NCBI RefSeq assembly: GCF_018977255.1
Contig: NW_024704743.1
Coordinates: 1,240,001-1,304,000, forward strand
Reading direction: 5' to 3'
From: Callorhinchus milii
Lineage: Eukaryota
DNA: 64,000 bases
The notes beneath the pieces are model-generated. The model searched no databases, was not told the origin of the DNA, and was given only the letters and a program-made list of their open reading frames with translations. Numbering within the stretch: position 1 is the stretch's first letter; each line of letters starts with the position of its first letter. Positions 37,671 through 51,775 of the stretch are shown piece by piece. Both the position numbers and the translations under genes were made by a program.

Positions 37671-40600
37671 TGTGGCCAGAGCTATTTCTCCTTTTTATCC
37701 TGCCTCCCAACTTTATGGGTTAGGTTCTGTGTATAAAATGACATCATCATCATCATCATCATCCTGGCCAAGCATTATCTCTTTGGAAGTAAGATCTCAA
37801 GATTGGTTTGGATGAAGAAGGCCCTTTTGCCCATCGGATCTCATTGCTCCAGAACAACCACGCTATCATCCCCTTTTAGCAATCTTAGCCTTAAAATGTT
37901 AATCTTCTACTTAAATCATCGTTTAATTTAGCACCTGGAATTCTTACAGTCCCATCTTTTGAAAGAAGATTTCCACAATTCTTGCAAGTTAAATGAATTT
38001 ACCAAAATTCTGCACAATCTTAATTTACCAGGAGATGAATTTAATGCTAAGACCACAATATTTTTCAGGACTCAAATACAACACAGCACCACACGTGTGG
38101 CATTCTACACAATGGAAATCCATGTTTCATTCATAGCTATATTGAAGAGAATAAAAATTGTAGTTTTACCCATTTATTGTGTCACAGAGTAATACGATAC
38201 ACGTGTAAGTTCTTAAATGGAAGATCAGAATCCTTTAGATTAAAAAAAGGCAGACAGTATATTTTGTGAAGCGCTTTGAGACAATAATGTCTCGATGCTA
38301 TCAAATGCAAGTATAATCATTATTAATCCCACATTGTTTAGGTTGGCAAGAGCTGAGACTTGGGAACCCCAGAGTGGATGTTGAGTTTTAGCTCAGCTTT
38401 AACCAGCTAAACTGTGGAGTCCTGTACACCTAAAAATTGTCTTCTTAAAATCTGGTCAATTACATTTGTAAAGTGCCTTTCACGTCAGGAGGATGTCCCA
38501 AGCTGCTGGACAGTCAGGCATTTGGACCCGAGCTGCGGGTTGGGATCAGGAGGGGTGGAGGGAAGCGAGGGTATGGTTAGGAGGGTGCCCGAAGGCGTGG
38601 TTGAAGAGGAGGGTCTTGAGACGGGACTTAAAGCAGAAGGGAATAAAAAGAGGGACAAAAAAAAATAAATTCAAATTAACATCCATCAACAGCTGAAACT
38701 ATAAACTTCAGAAACTTCAATAAAGAGGGACTTTTTTTTTTTGCGGAAAGTTGATCCTTTCAGCCTGCTTTACATTCAGAACAAGACAATATTTACTGAA
38801 CGTAATCGTACCATCTTGGAAGTAGAACATAAATACTGCGTCAACTCTATTTGACAGGGCAGGCTTGGTTTGCACAGCATGAAGACTTTCTATAGCAACC
38901 GACTGGAATGTCAGCTGTTCATTGGATGGGGAGATGCAGTTAGATCCAACATGAATTCCAAAATGTTCAATCTATTCATAATATTCAAATTCCTCTCCAT
39001 CGCCCAGCGACACACATTAACCATTTTTAGCCGAAAACCTATTGTGAAGGAAAAGCAACGTTTGTCCTGAATTTTATTATTAAAACGATATGCACTTTTA
39101 CTGAATTACTTCCCCGCCCCCCCCCCCAAAAAAAAAGTTCTTGAATGAAAAATAGAAGTGTTATTTAACAGGCCAGAAATAGAAATAAGATTTTAATAAT
39201 TAAAGAGGAAAAGATGCTAATGTGTCAGAATGAAAATGCAAACTGCATTCTTTCAGAGATAATGAAAAAATAAGAATGAGATTTTCTCAGCATAAAAATC
39301 AAATTCAGTCACGTGTTGGGAGTGCTGCTAAACTAATCTGAGTAATTTTGTGTGTCCTCAAACAGTTAGCTAGAATTCAAATATATCACCTAGTCAACTA
39401 CGCTGACACAGATGAAAAGAATCCTTCAACATCCCCCAAATCCTTCACTCGTTAAATTTAGTAGTATTGTCATGAACAACAGCCACATTACAATGTGAGC
39501 ACCAATTTCTCTGAGCTGTCAATTAGAAGTCAAGGAATTTGAACAAAACTATTTAAGGCAGGCTTTTTAATCTGACATCTTCACATTTCTGAAGTACAGT
39601 TGTTGCAAAAATTCTGCTAGGCAGTAGTATATTTCTACATAGGCCTCCCTTCAAAGCGCCATACACAAATTGTCCATTTTTGCCCAGACTTCACCTAACC
39701 CACGTCAACAGGTTTTATTCTTTAGATGTGGGTCGTTCTTCACTTGCAAAAAAAAAACAGACAGAAGCAGTGCTGTCTGAAAGCAAATGTAAGGTGACAG
39801 ATAACCACGCAGATGCTCTACAGATAGACAGGCAAGCTTCAATCATTATAAATGTTAAATAAAACTTGATCAACTTTATTAAGTGTATTTACTGGAATTT
39901 GAATATGTAACTTTTGGCCACTATTCCAGAGCTCAACTTATCCATTAACAGTACGTTGGTCGGGTAAATTAGATTTTAGTGTACATACTCAAGCAGTTTA
40001 ATATTGTATCATCTAATCACCCCCCACCACCCCACCCCACGACCAATGTAACGCCACCCACCAAAAACAATGTTTTCCTGCAACAAAAAAACAAACTCTA
40101 GCCAAAATCTATTCCTTCGCAGCGGGAAATATCCATCTCTTTAATCCCAAATCTACTCAACAAACCCAAATTGTTACAGTTCAGTACTACCATTTAGTTA
40201 GTGGTAGCAACGGTAATGGTAGGTTACATGATACAGTGTGGACATTGGACAAGCAGCGTTTTAGTTTGCTAATGGTAGTGAATTGCTTTTCCAGCATCTC
40301 AAGAGCTCTAAATGGATCTGCGCTGTGATGAACGGATGAGGATTTCTGTACTAAAGCTTTTTAAAAAAACTGAACGCTAAACTGCAGGAAATCTGCCACA
40401 AACACACTGACCTGTGTATTCAAACCGCCTAAATGTAATGGTAAGTCAGTTAATGCTTCAAAATATATAAAAATTGTTCCATCCTTGGGATGCTGGCAGA
40501 AGCTATTTTATTTAGTGGGGCGGATGACTTGTAGTGAGTTGGTCAAACAGAAGAGTGAACCATCCACTAAACACGCAGAGAGATTAAAAGAATCACATCA

Positions 40601-41604
40601 CGCAGAACTCTCCATTGCTTTGTTCTTCGAACTAGTAAAACTTCTGAGTCTTAGCGGGGCACGGCAAAACCTTAGGCAAGTTTTCTTCCTCCACAAAAGG
40701 GTCGGGCCTTCAGTCTCTCTGTCCCACCCCACGGTCTCTTTGGCTCGCCCTCCCCTCCCTTGCTTCCTTCAAGGCCCGTCTCCAGACCTTCTTATTCGAC
40801 CCCATCTTCGGTCGCCCTACTACCCTCCCTGCCCTCCACCCTTCTTGATCCCAGCCTCCAGCTCGGGTCCAAATCCTTGACTGTCCAGCGCCTTGAGACG
40901 TACTCCCGACGTGTAAGCCTCGACACAAATGCAATTTGTTTAGCCGTTGGTTGACAGAAGCGGCAGGAGCGTCACTGGGCAATGTCAGTTGACAGTGTGG
41001 GACCACAGAGTCGAACAACTGTTCCAGGCACATTGTGGAACACTTCAATAATACGTAGTCTCTTAGGCCTGCCATAAACAGGAGGAATAATTTCAATGAG
41101 CAATCAGCAGAATTTTTAATAAAGGCTGAATGGAGTTTCTTTTCAAATGCATATTATTATTCTATGCATTTATTTTTCAGGCACTGGTGCTCTGCGCACA
41201 GCAAACTCCCTCAGCCAGGTTTGGTACAGAGAGACAGGCACACATAAAGAGGAAGGATGCAGAAAGGAAAACAATTGTGTCTGAATCAGATCAGGCGGTT
41301 TATGCAGATCTGAGAAGCTAATTCAGGGCACAGCTAAAGATCTCTGGGTCAGGTCCCTGCTCATCCTCTAATAACGCAGGGTGATTTCATCAGCTGCTTG
41401 CATTCAAATAAAGGTCCCTAAACCCCCAGAATTTGCCTTTTCAAACGCCAATCACTCTCAAATCTATGAACATCTTTTATACATTCCTAGATTTCACAGT
41501 TCTCAACACTTAGAACAAACTATTTTGTATTTTCAGGTGAAACCATACAGGATTGCAACCCCTATACTTCAGTGGGGTACAGGATGACCTTCAAATCCTA
41601 TTTA

Positions 41605-42015
41605 GGAGTCCTGTAGCGTATTGGTTAGAGCACTCGCCTCACAAGCGAGAAAACAACAACAAAATGACATTTAGAGCGCCTTTCACGTCAGGAGGACGTC
41701 CCAGGTTCGATTCCTGGGCATGGCAATACCTTAGGCAAGTTTCCTTACTGCATAAACCTCTGTTTACCCAGCCGTAAGTAGAAAGCTAGTTGACAGATTG
41801 CTTTCTGTTGGTAATAATTGGTAATAATTCATCCCAAAAATATTTTTAAAAAATGTGGACACTCAATCCACAACTGTTTGTGGGACACTGCTGTGCGTAA
41901 TTGGCTGCTGCGTTTCGGCAACAAAATGTGTAGTCAATTCACTTTACAGTGTATTCTGTGAAGCGCTTTGAGACGTCTCACAACGTGACATCAAATGCAA
42001 GAATGATTGTTATTA
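41605..42015 (+). mobile_element. SINE, long form, with an antisense L2 tail inside its tRNA head
   Basis: 41650-41705 is the reverse complement of the L2 tail. Confidence 0.8.
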
Positions 42016-43699
42016 GGCATACTTTGGAGCCTTAAGAAAATAGAGCCAAAAAATTGAACGAGAAAAATCAATGCTGCTCATTAAAAACAAGCAGCACATT
42101 TGGATACAAAATGTAGATCCAACCACAAAATACTCCCTAATTATCCAGCTATTAATGCCCAACATTTATTTAGTCATCCACTGCCAAACTTTTACTACAA
42201 AGACAACACCTTACTTACATAAGTCAACGAATTTCCTTGTAAAGCATGTGTTAGTGTTGCTCAGCCTTTAGTTTAGATTGATGATCAAATGGGCTGTGGG
42301 CCCAAATTGCCTAATGCTAATTATTGCCTGTAGTTTACAAAAACCCTGACCTACACACACTACATCTGTCGGGCACTTTCCTCTCAAAAAACGCCTCCAA
42401 AAAAATAAATAAAAATAATAATTGGTCACTCAATCCACAGCTATTTGTGGGACACTGGTGTGCACAATTGGCTGCCGTGAATTGCCACAGTCAATCCACT
42501 TTACAATATATATTCTGGGAAGGGCTCTGAGACGTTACAACAACGTGATAAGGCTCTATATCAAATGCAAGGATTATTATTAATAATAGGGATTCCATGG
42601 TTTCATTCGAATTTCTTTACTTGGGATTCTGGTGGCAACCATGTGGGCACAAAAAAACAAACAGCCATCAGAGAAACACCCGTCTAGTCAATGCGTATTT
42701 TTAAATTTTCTTCTCTATTCAAAAGTCCAATTGACAGTTGTCACACCAAACTCAAAAGGCATGGTCATCTATCCCTGCTAATGCTTTGCGTGCCACCATC
42801 AGAGAAAACAGTGACACAATAATAATCCTTGCATTTGATTTAGTGTCTTATATCGAATATAGTGTAAAGTGAACTGACTGTATTTAGTGGCCAAAACGAG
42901 CAGCCAATTGCTCACAGCAGTCCCACAAACAGTGGCAATGAGTAACCAAATTATTGTTATTACCCCCTGGAAAGCAACCCCCCCAATCGACTAACAACTG
43001 GGTTCCTACTTACTGCTCCGTTTCTTCCAAGAAGTGTACGGGTTCAAGTCAGACAAGTTATCTTTTTAAATTAGCATTATGCAATACAAATATTGAAACG
43101 TTTGAATTATAGAACCCTCATCGAACCCAGTGATCAGCATTTACTTAAGACTAATCCTGGTATTGTTGGAGAAGGCATCATTTGGGGGGAATCTTTTCCC
43201 CTTGAAATAATGTTTCTCTGAAAGAGGATAGTTTAAATGATACGCCTTAGGGTGGCTTCTATGCAGGTTCAGTATCTCATTTAAATGCTGTTCGCCAGAT
43301 GAGGAGAGCAGAATAAAGAGGAAGAAAAAGATACACAAACATTTCAAAATCTACCAGGGAAAGTCTCTAAGATGTTAATGAAACCCCAGTGGATCATTAG
43401 TATTTACTTAGCAAACCACAGACTATTGCTTCTTCTTAACCACACTATGCAAATACGCATCTTAACTCGCCTACGTTTTAACCATGGCAGACTTTTTTTT
43501 TCTATTTCAAGATCATCTCACCTTCACAATCTGAAAAAACAGGAACGGATAGATTACTTTTAATAATTCTACTATATTTTGAGCATACACAGTAGAATGC
43601 CATTCATCCACACATCAATTTATTCCCATAAGCTTCCAAAATAGACGTGATTATGCGCTTTAACAAATCCAAGTATTATTATTATTACTACTACTACAC

Positions 43700-43810
43700 C
43701 AGGAGAAACTCCGTTAACTTTTCTGAACAGGCAGACAGGAACTTGGTTAAGATCTCATCCGAAAGACGGTACCTCCAACAAAGCAACATGCCCCCAGCAC
43801 TGCATTCAAT
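43700..43810 (-). mobile_element. Old DeuSINE core fragment
   Basis: tctcatccgaaagacggtacctccaaca...cagcactgca is the reverse complement of the Deu core. Confidence 0.6.
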
Positions 43811-46167
43811 AGGAGTAATGGAAGAGTTTGCAAACACCGTGTAGCCGTTGCTGTTCTGAACACTAAATCTACACTGCCGCAAATCGCACTACTCAGAACA
43901 TCATACACTATCTAAAGTCAAGAGTTATCTCCTCATCAATTTCCACTGGTGCCACACAGTGACAATGTCCAAATGTCTTAGAAGATTACAGCTATAAGAA
44001 CGTGAAACTAAGAAACCAGAACAACAGACATGGGTCTCCGCCTGTTCAGTGCATGCAATAAGCGGTCCCGAACTATCTTTGGGGGCACCTCCACTTTCAA
44101 GATGTGTTTTTAAATATTCCGGTTGAAAGCCTGGTAATAACTAAAAAGCATTTCCCGACTCCATTCCTGTGTTTTTTTTTAAAAAATAAATATATTTCCT
44201 TTTCGCCTCTTCCCGAGTCCTTCGTTACTGAGAAGAAGACGAGAACTTGCACATTGGGAAGTGTCTGAACGCAGTAGTCTGGCAGAAGTCTAGATAAGCT
44301 TTAAAACCTGGGGCTTTTTAAGCAATTACAGTCATTTCCACTGTACATGTTAAGTGAGCCCACTCACATGGTCAGGCTCAGTGACCTCCTGCAGGACAGC
44401 ACCAGCAATTATGGCCAAAGCAAACCAGTCAAGGCACAATTTCTCCCAGCGCCAGTTGAGAAAAATGCACAGCTTGAAAAATTATCAGCTATAATATTGA
44501 CCCTCTACGTCACTTTTTTTCCAGGGTGGCCCCTGGGAGGGGCGGGGGTGAGAAAGAGGGAGGAAAGAGGAAAATGGCAAGGGGAATACAGAAACTCACT
44601 GGGGTAACGTTTTGATGTCCGTAACGCAGTCCTTCCATTAACACGGCTCATACACACACACACAAAAAAAATCACTCGCCAGAAAACATACAACAATAAT
44701 AATCATTGCATTTGATATTATAATAATATTCTTTGCATTTGATATAGTGCCTTATCAGGCCATCAAGACATCTCAAAGCTTTTCACAGAATATACTGTAA
44801 AGTGAATTGACTGTATATTTTGTGGGTTAAACGCAGCAGCAGTGTCCCACAAACAATCGTGGATTGAGTAACCAAATTTATTTTTGTTTTCGAGGGGATG
44901 AGTACCCCTGGAAAGCGAGCCTCCAATCGACTACAGAACTTCCCATCCCGCCCCCCTCCCACAGACACCCAAGGATACTAAAATGAACCAAAGAAGTTTC
45001 TTTTTAAGCACAGTATTTGTCTTCTCTCCATTTCGAGTCTCATTTCCATCTTCTTTTGCCGATACCAAAACGCCCCTAATTAAGCAACTTCACTCAGACC
45101 TCAAGCCCCTGCTCAAGTCTGGTCTGTTTCCTGATGCAATTGACAGACACAGAAGCTCAACCGTCAAATCAGATCACTGGAAAAGAGGCCCTCGTCACTG
45201 CCACAGACATCCTGCACCCAAGAAGCTGTACAGTATTCCCACAACCTACACTTGCTACGGTGTGAGGGCAACTGAATAATCCTTTTCCACTGGATTTCTT
45301 CTCTCTGCGATTGTGGACAGGGAGGAGCACGTTTTGCCACACTCTCCTCCCCCGCCGCCCCAATTACACGCCCGCCCAAAGTTCTTGATCTTCAGTCTGA
45401 GTCTATCTTACACTGATTACGTTGAAAAACGGCGATCGGAAGCTTCACGAGAACATCGCTTAAAGCTACTTCCCTTCAAACGATGGCGTATGTTGTAACT
45501 CTAAAGCAGTGCTGATGGAAGTTTTAAAGACAATGCACATTGTACTTTCCGCAGACTGACAGACTCTGGGGCGGTTTTGCAGCAACTCTTACTGAAACCT
45601 CAAAGATTGAGAAACGTTAAAAGGATTAACCCGCTACACGAATTACTGCAGCACACCCACGCCCTCTGCCAATGTTACCCACATACTTAAAGGTCAAGGT
45701 ACATTTTCAGCTTTCCCCAAAAAGCCTGTTTTTTTTTGTTGAAAAATAGCAGTCAATATATTGTTTATTCGTTGTGACAGCAAAGTGAAGAAGAAAATGC
45801 ATTACATCCTACAGCTTGTGATGAATTTAGTATCGATTTGATTTATAGAATTATAACTATTATACTGGAATGTTTTTTTAATAAAACTATGCTAGTCTCG
45901 ATGCAAATGTTGAGGAAAGAAAACATTCGCCCATAAAATACACACTTTACAGTATATCCTGTGATGCACTTTGAGACGTCACAACATAAGGCACTATATC
46001 GAACACAAGGATTATTTCATACCTCTTATGCCCATTTTGAGCACTTTCACCAAATGTGACTTCACTTGACAGAAATTATCTGTAAAGTAGTTTGAAAGCA
46101 ACACAATACAATTAAGATGTTTCAGCAATTAAGACACTTTATTAAATACAAGGATTGGTATAGTATC

Positions 46168-46410
46168 ATTCTTCACTCAAAGGGCAGTGAATGTATGGGA
46201 CTCACTACCCCAAAGGGCTGTTGACGCTCAGTCCTTGAACATATTCAAGACTGAGATAGATAGATTTCTTATTGCAAAAGGGAATAAGGGATATGGGGAT
46301 AAGGCAGCGTCAGGTTATTAGCTGGACTTAGATTAGAAGATCAGCCATGCTTGAATGGCGGGGCAGGCTCGAAGGGCCGAATGGCCTACTCCTGCTCCTA
46401 CATGTCATGT
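46168..46410 (+). mobile_element. CR1-clade LINE 3' end
   Basis: FFTQRAVNVWDSLP...FKTEIDRFL and tail. Confidence 0.88.
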
Positions 46411-46431
46411 TATTATACAATCCATTTCATG

Positions 46432-46757
46432 TAATAATAATAATAATAATAATCCTTGCATTTGATATAGCGCTTTTCACGTCGGGAGGACGTCCCAAAG
46501 CGCTTCACAGAACACACGGAAAGTGAATTGACTGTATATTTGTGGGCGAACGCGGCAGCCAATTGCGCACAGCAATGTCCCACAAACAGTCGTAGATTGA
46601 AAATGACCAATTTTTATTATTGTTTTTGGAGGGATTATTATTAGGCTCTGTGTGGAGTAAGGAAACTTGCCCGAGGTTTCGCCCTCTGCCTGGGATTGAA
46701 CTCAGGTCTCTCGCTTGCAAAGCGAGTGCTCTAACCACTGAGCTACAGGACTCCACC
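46432..46757 (-). mobile_element. Full-length young tRNA-derived SINE, same subfamily as 27667-28002
   Basis: Near-identical reverse complement including the diagnostic ccacac-agagcc-taataataatccc junction. Confidence 0.92.
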
Positions 46758-47789
46758 TATATGTAAAATATAGGTGCCAAAACACTTCAAAATATAATTG
46801 AGTAGAATTGAAAGGGAGTGCTATTTCAACAAAAATATGCACCATCTAACACAATCCACCCCAATCAAAAGAGTAAAGTTTTCTCTCCCTGTGCACTTCA
46901 GGCCTCTTAACCCAATTCCTCGTGCTTGTAAACCCACAACACAAAAGATGCCGAAACACAGAATTTGACATTGAACTGATATCTTTACTCAGGAGGCATT
47001 AAAGATAGCAATTGTAGGAAATGGACACGGCCTGTTTCATGTCCTCCATCCTACATGCCCCACTTTTGGCAGGCAAGCTTTCAGCCATTCTGTCCCTGTT
47101 CTGCAACACTGCCTCTGACTCGCTCCCTCCCTCCTCTCCATTCAAAGCCCATCAAGATTTACCTCTTCAACCACATTTTTTTGGCCATCTTTCAACTCCC
47201 CACCCCCCACAGCTTCGGTGCTCAGCCAGCAATGTGCAGTGCTTTGAACTACCCTCCCGACGTGAAAGGCGCTATATAAGTGGAAATTGTATCGTATTAC
47301 TGGGTTCAAAATTGGGCCAAATTCTGTTCCCAAGGTTCACATCTTTCACACTGATAAGCATTGAAATATTTACAAGAACAATGTTCTAATTCACTTTGCC
47401 ATGAAAATTTGCTGGGTATATTTAAACACAAGGCACTGGGTTCATCCGTCTTACACTAGCTTGGGAATGTGGTATTGGTAAGCAGTTCTAAGAGGCATAA
47501 TTACTCTTGCCTTGGTCTCCAGCAATCTCAGCTTGAAGCCAACTTTGTGCTGACGTTTCCACATAAGAATTTTCGATTTGCAATTTTCTCCTCACTGAAA
47601 ATCTGCCATTTAAAAATAGGGCTTTAAATGCCAACAAAGAAGATTTCATTTGGAAACGATTTAAAGAACATTCTGAATAATGAGTTTTCTCATTATACGC
47701 TGGAATCCCCCAAGTGGCTTGGATTTATTTATCAACTCTACGCTGTGTACAGTAGTTCACTCCACTAAATGAAGGACACGATGAAACGG

Positions 47790-48360
47790 ACACTAAGGCA
47801 CTAGTAATGACAGCCTGGTTTGCTGGCAGGACTTGGAAGGTAATAATAATGCTTTGATATAGCACCTTATCACATCTTCAAGATGCCTCAAAGCACTTGA
47901 CAGAATTGACTGTAAAATGGAGTGACTGTGGGCAAGAGATTGTATCAGGAGCAGGGATTCTTCCCACTAGGTTCCTATTAACCCTGCAAGCCAAAGCCCA
48001 AACAGAAGTAAGGCATGAGCTGGACATGCAGTGGGAAGCCTAACAGACAGCGCTCCCAAAGGCAACCTATGTAGTTTTGCTGGTTAACTCCAGCAGTTAC
48101 GCCAAATCACACACTGTGGTCCCCAAGTCTTAGTTCTTGTCAACCGGTGCCTATATTTCTGAGATGTTATCCCGCGTGAAGGGCGCTATATAAACGCAAG
48201 TTATTATTGTACCTGCTGCCTGCCCCTTCTTAAGTTTTGATGATTCTAACACTTTCTGGAATTAGGTAAGCACACTGCATCCCTCTAGCGAGAGTGCGCG
48301 CACTCCACTGTAATGCGTAGGTGGAAACCTTACATGGAACCCTGGCTTGGTGATGTGTTT
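47790..48360 (+). repeat. Repeat family B copy, interrupted
   Basis: gggattcttcccact...caagccaaagccc...ggaattaggtaagca. Confidence 0.65.
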
Positions 48361-48899
48361 CTGTGCACTTCCNAAAAAAAAGGAAATCACACATTCTCTG
48401 TCGAATACACACTTATTGAACCCTAAACTGGGGGTTTGCAGCTTGAATACCCTGCGTTAACAATAATCCTTGCATTTGATATAACACGTTATTATATCCT
48501 TGAGAAGTCTCAAAGCGCTTCACAGAATATACTGTGAAGTGGATTAACTGTATTTTGTGGGCAAAATATTGTGGGTGCATTGTGTTGAAATTTTCCTCCA
48601 AGAAAGGTATGATAAATAATTTTGCAATTGGCCTTCTTCAGTCAGACTGAACTTTGACCAGTCTACTTGATTCTAAAGCTTTTGCAGCCAAAAGTATATC
48701 TGCCAGACAACAGTGGAACATCAATACTCCTGAAAGATATCTCTCGCTCAGTTCTCTGTTGCTAGATCTTTAATTCCTTTGAGATTTTATTCATTTAAAT
48801 TCGGATCTTGGCTGAAAAATCTATGCTAAATATTATATATTGTACAATCAATTGCCCCATTTTCTGGTATTGAACAACTCCCACTTCTAGTGAATAACT

Positions 48900-49270
48900 G
48901 GTGGTAGGAGTCATCCCACTCAGCTCTTGTTACTCCTACAAGCCAAAGCCCTATGGGCAGGGTGGTCCTAACCAGACAGCGATATCAATGGCAAGCTATG
49001 CGATTTTAACTGGCGAGATTCCAGCAGTCACCCCAACTCACACTGTGGGGTCACCAAGCCTTGGCTCTTACCATCCTGTGCCTAATATTTAGGTAATAGG
49101 TAAGCAGGATGCATTCCTCCAGGTAGAGCGTATGTATTCCGTTCCAACAATCTATCTCTGTGATTTCCACATATAGGTGGGGTGCAAGAAATTCCCAGCT
49201 TGGTTTGGAGACTCTTAAGCATGGTGATGAGCTTCCGCATACGTCAGACACCCGACTGACCAAAAAAAAA
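48900..49270 (+). repeat. Unclassified repeat family B
   Basis: cccactcagctc...caagccaaagccc...taggtaagcagg...cagacacccgactgacc(A)n; orientation arbitrary. Confidence 0.75.
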
Positions 49271-49636
49271 ACCTTGGCTTCTCCCCAACATATTGTATTC
49301 TTGCAGAATGTCTGTGGCAACTTTGCTGCTCTCAGTTAATAACTGATGACAAGGTTACCCTTCCTGGAAACAGGTTCACAAGATATCACCTGTATACTCT
49401 TTTCAAATTTATTGCGTCGCCTCCTGAGAAGGGCCTCAAACTAAAAGAAAACTGAGTCAAATCTAATGTTAAATTATCAGACTTCAATTCTTTTTGCAAT
49501 CTCTTTTAAAACGGCGCTATTTAGAGGGCAACCGGCACACATTTTCAGATTTCCTCTCCAATTACAATAGTAACACACACCACCTGTCACAAAATAGAAA
49601 TAGTTTGTCAATTATTAAGATTGTTATGTCGATTCT

Positions 49637-49836
49637 TAGGAACATAGGGACAGGAATAGGCCATTCAGCCCCTCAAGTCTGTTCCGCCATTCTATTAAAT
49701 CATGGATGATATGTAACTCAACTCCATTTACCCACCTTTGCCCCATATCACTTGATAACCTGACCTACCAAAAATCTATCCACCAAAATTTTTATGTATC
49801 TCACATCTACAGCCTTTTTGGGGAGAGGGCTCCAGA
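49637..49836 (-). mobile_element. CR1-clade LINE 3' end
   Basis: gaacatagggacaggaataggccattcagccc = reverse complement of tail. Confidence 0.8.
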
Positions 49837-49933
49837 ACAGTCAATTCACTTTACGCTGTGTTCTGTGAAGCGCTTTGGGACGTCCTCCCGACGTGAAAAG
49901 CGCTATATCAAATGCAAGGATTATTATTATTAT
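49837..49933 (+). mobile_element. 5'-truncated young SINE inserted in a CR1 fragment
   Basis: Young-type tail tttgggacgtcctcccgacgtgaaaagcgc plus (ATT)n. Confidence 0.8.
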
Positions 49934-50471
49934 ATTGCGAGAAAAAATGCTTCAGGACTTCACTCCTAAATGACCTAGCTCTAATTTTAAGATGATTCCC
50001 ATTTTAAGATGATGATTGGAACAACCTATTCTTGTTTCAATAGGTGTGATTGTGAAATAAGCCCAAATCTCAATTTGCGATCCAATTTAAAAGGAATGTC
50101 GGGGCTGCAGCAACGAAAGAAAACAGAAAGTTGAAGGAATCATGGGAAAGCAACATTCCTAACCTTCATAATTATAGCCTCAGACTTAATTTCAGGATTT
50201 TTTTCCCTTCATTTGCTGAAGAAATTAGTTTGCCCGGGGTTAGTCCAATCACCAGCTACATTCTCTTGGGTGCTATTGATTTCAACAGAACTGGCAGAAA
50301 TACCTTGACCATATGTTATGTGCTTGTAAGTGTTGACTTGTGCATTTTTGGGGTCAAATGAAATGCAGCCATCTGAAAATTAAAGAGTTTTCACATTTTA
50401 AAACTGTAACTACGCACAACATTAATTATGACTGACAGACATTAGGCCATCAGTTGCTTCTTATAGTCTAC

Positions 50472-51320
50472 CAACTTCCTGCAGTTGAATGTCAACAAGA
50501 CCAAGGCCCTCCTTCTTGGCTCCCATCAGCGCCTCCATACCTCGGGCGCTGACAGCATCTCCCTCCATGGATGCACTTTACATCTCGCATATCCAATACG
50601 GGACCTCAGCACCCTGTTCGACCCTCAACTGTCCTTCATACCCCACATCCATACCATGGCCTGCTCTGCCTTTTCCCTCATCTCTGCAACATCGCTCAGC
50701 TCCGCCACTGTCTCACACCGAGACCCTCACACATAAATTCATAATATCCGGGCTCAACAACGCAAACTCCCCGCTTGTCGGCCTCCCCAACTTCTCCCTC
50801 GATAGCCTGCAGATCATCCAGGACTCTGCAGCCCGTGTCCTCTCCCACACCAGACTCTGCAATCCCATTACCCCCATCCTCGCCCAACTCCACTGGCTTC
50901 CCATCACATAAAGGATACAGTTTATAACATTATGATCCTCACTTTCAAAGCCCTCCATGGCCTTTCTCCCCCGCCTTACCTCTGCGACCTCCTAACCCCC
51001 ACTAACCTGCCCGCTCCCTTCACTCAGCGGGCTCCAGCCTGCTTCACGTCCCCCATTCCATCATTGGCAGATGGGCCTTCAACCACTCTGCCCCATTCTC
51101 CGGAACTCCATCCCCCTCGGTGCCTCTCTTGCCTCCTTCAAGACCCATCTGATGACCCTCATCTTCAACCGTGCCTTCGGTCACCCTCCTTCCCAACCCC
51201 ACTGCCCTCCACCCTCCCGATCCCGACCCCCAGCTCGTGTCCAAAACACTGATTGTCCAGAACCTTGTGACGTCCTCCCGATGTGAAAGGCGCAACACAG
51301 ATGTAATTTTGTTGTTGTTG
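50472..51320 (+). mobile_element. L2 LINE 3' fragment, longest in window, decayed ORF2 C-terminus
   Basis: LQLNVNKTK, FDPQLSFIPHI, LQIIQDSAARVL, ITPILAQLHWLP, FKALHGL in shifted frames; tail then (TTG)n. Confidence 0.9.
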
Positions 51321-51433
51321 CTCTGCGTCCTCTAAAGACCGTGGCATGAGATTCACGTAGGGTGCCCTCTACCCAACACTGCCAGAAATTCCCTTCCCCT
51401 TCCAAGTTCATACAGATGAAACGTTCAAAAATT

Positions 51434-51775
51434 TTGCATTTGATATAGCGCCTTATCACGCCATTGAGATATCTCAAGGCGCTTCACAGAATATATTGTA
51501 AAGTAAATTGACTGTACATTTTTGGGCCAAGTACTCACAGCAGTGTCCAACAAACAGTCGATTGAGTAACCAAATTGCTTTTTTTTTGGAAAGGATTATT
51601 ACCCCTGGAGGAGTGATCTGCCAATCTACGAACAACAAGATTCCTACTTACTGTTTGGTAAATGGAGGTATATGGAGTAAGGAAACTTGCCTAAGGTTTC
51701 TCCCCACCTGGGAATCAAACCCGGGTCCTCTTGGTTGCGAGGTGAGTGCTCTAACCAATACGCTCCAAGACTCCA
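51434..51775 (-). mobile_element. tRNA-derived SINE, long form
   Basis: Head to tail similarity to other copies. Confidence 0.85.

Noticed and set aside
48373..48373. Single N
   Set aside because: Assembly ambiguity next to an A run
50485..51252. Functional reverse transcriptase gene
   Set aside because: 5'-truncated L2 with stops and frameshifts; catalytic core absent
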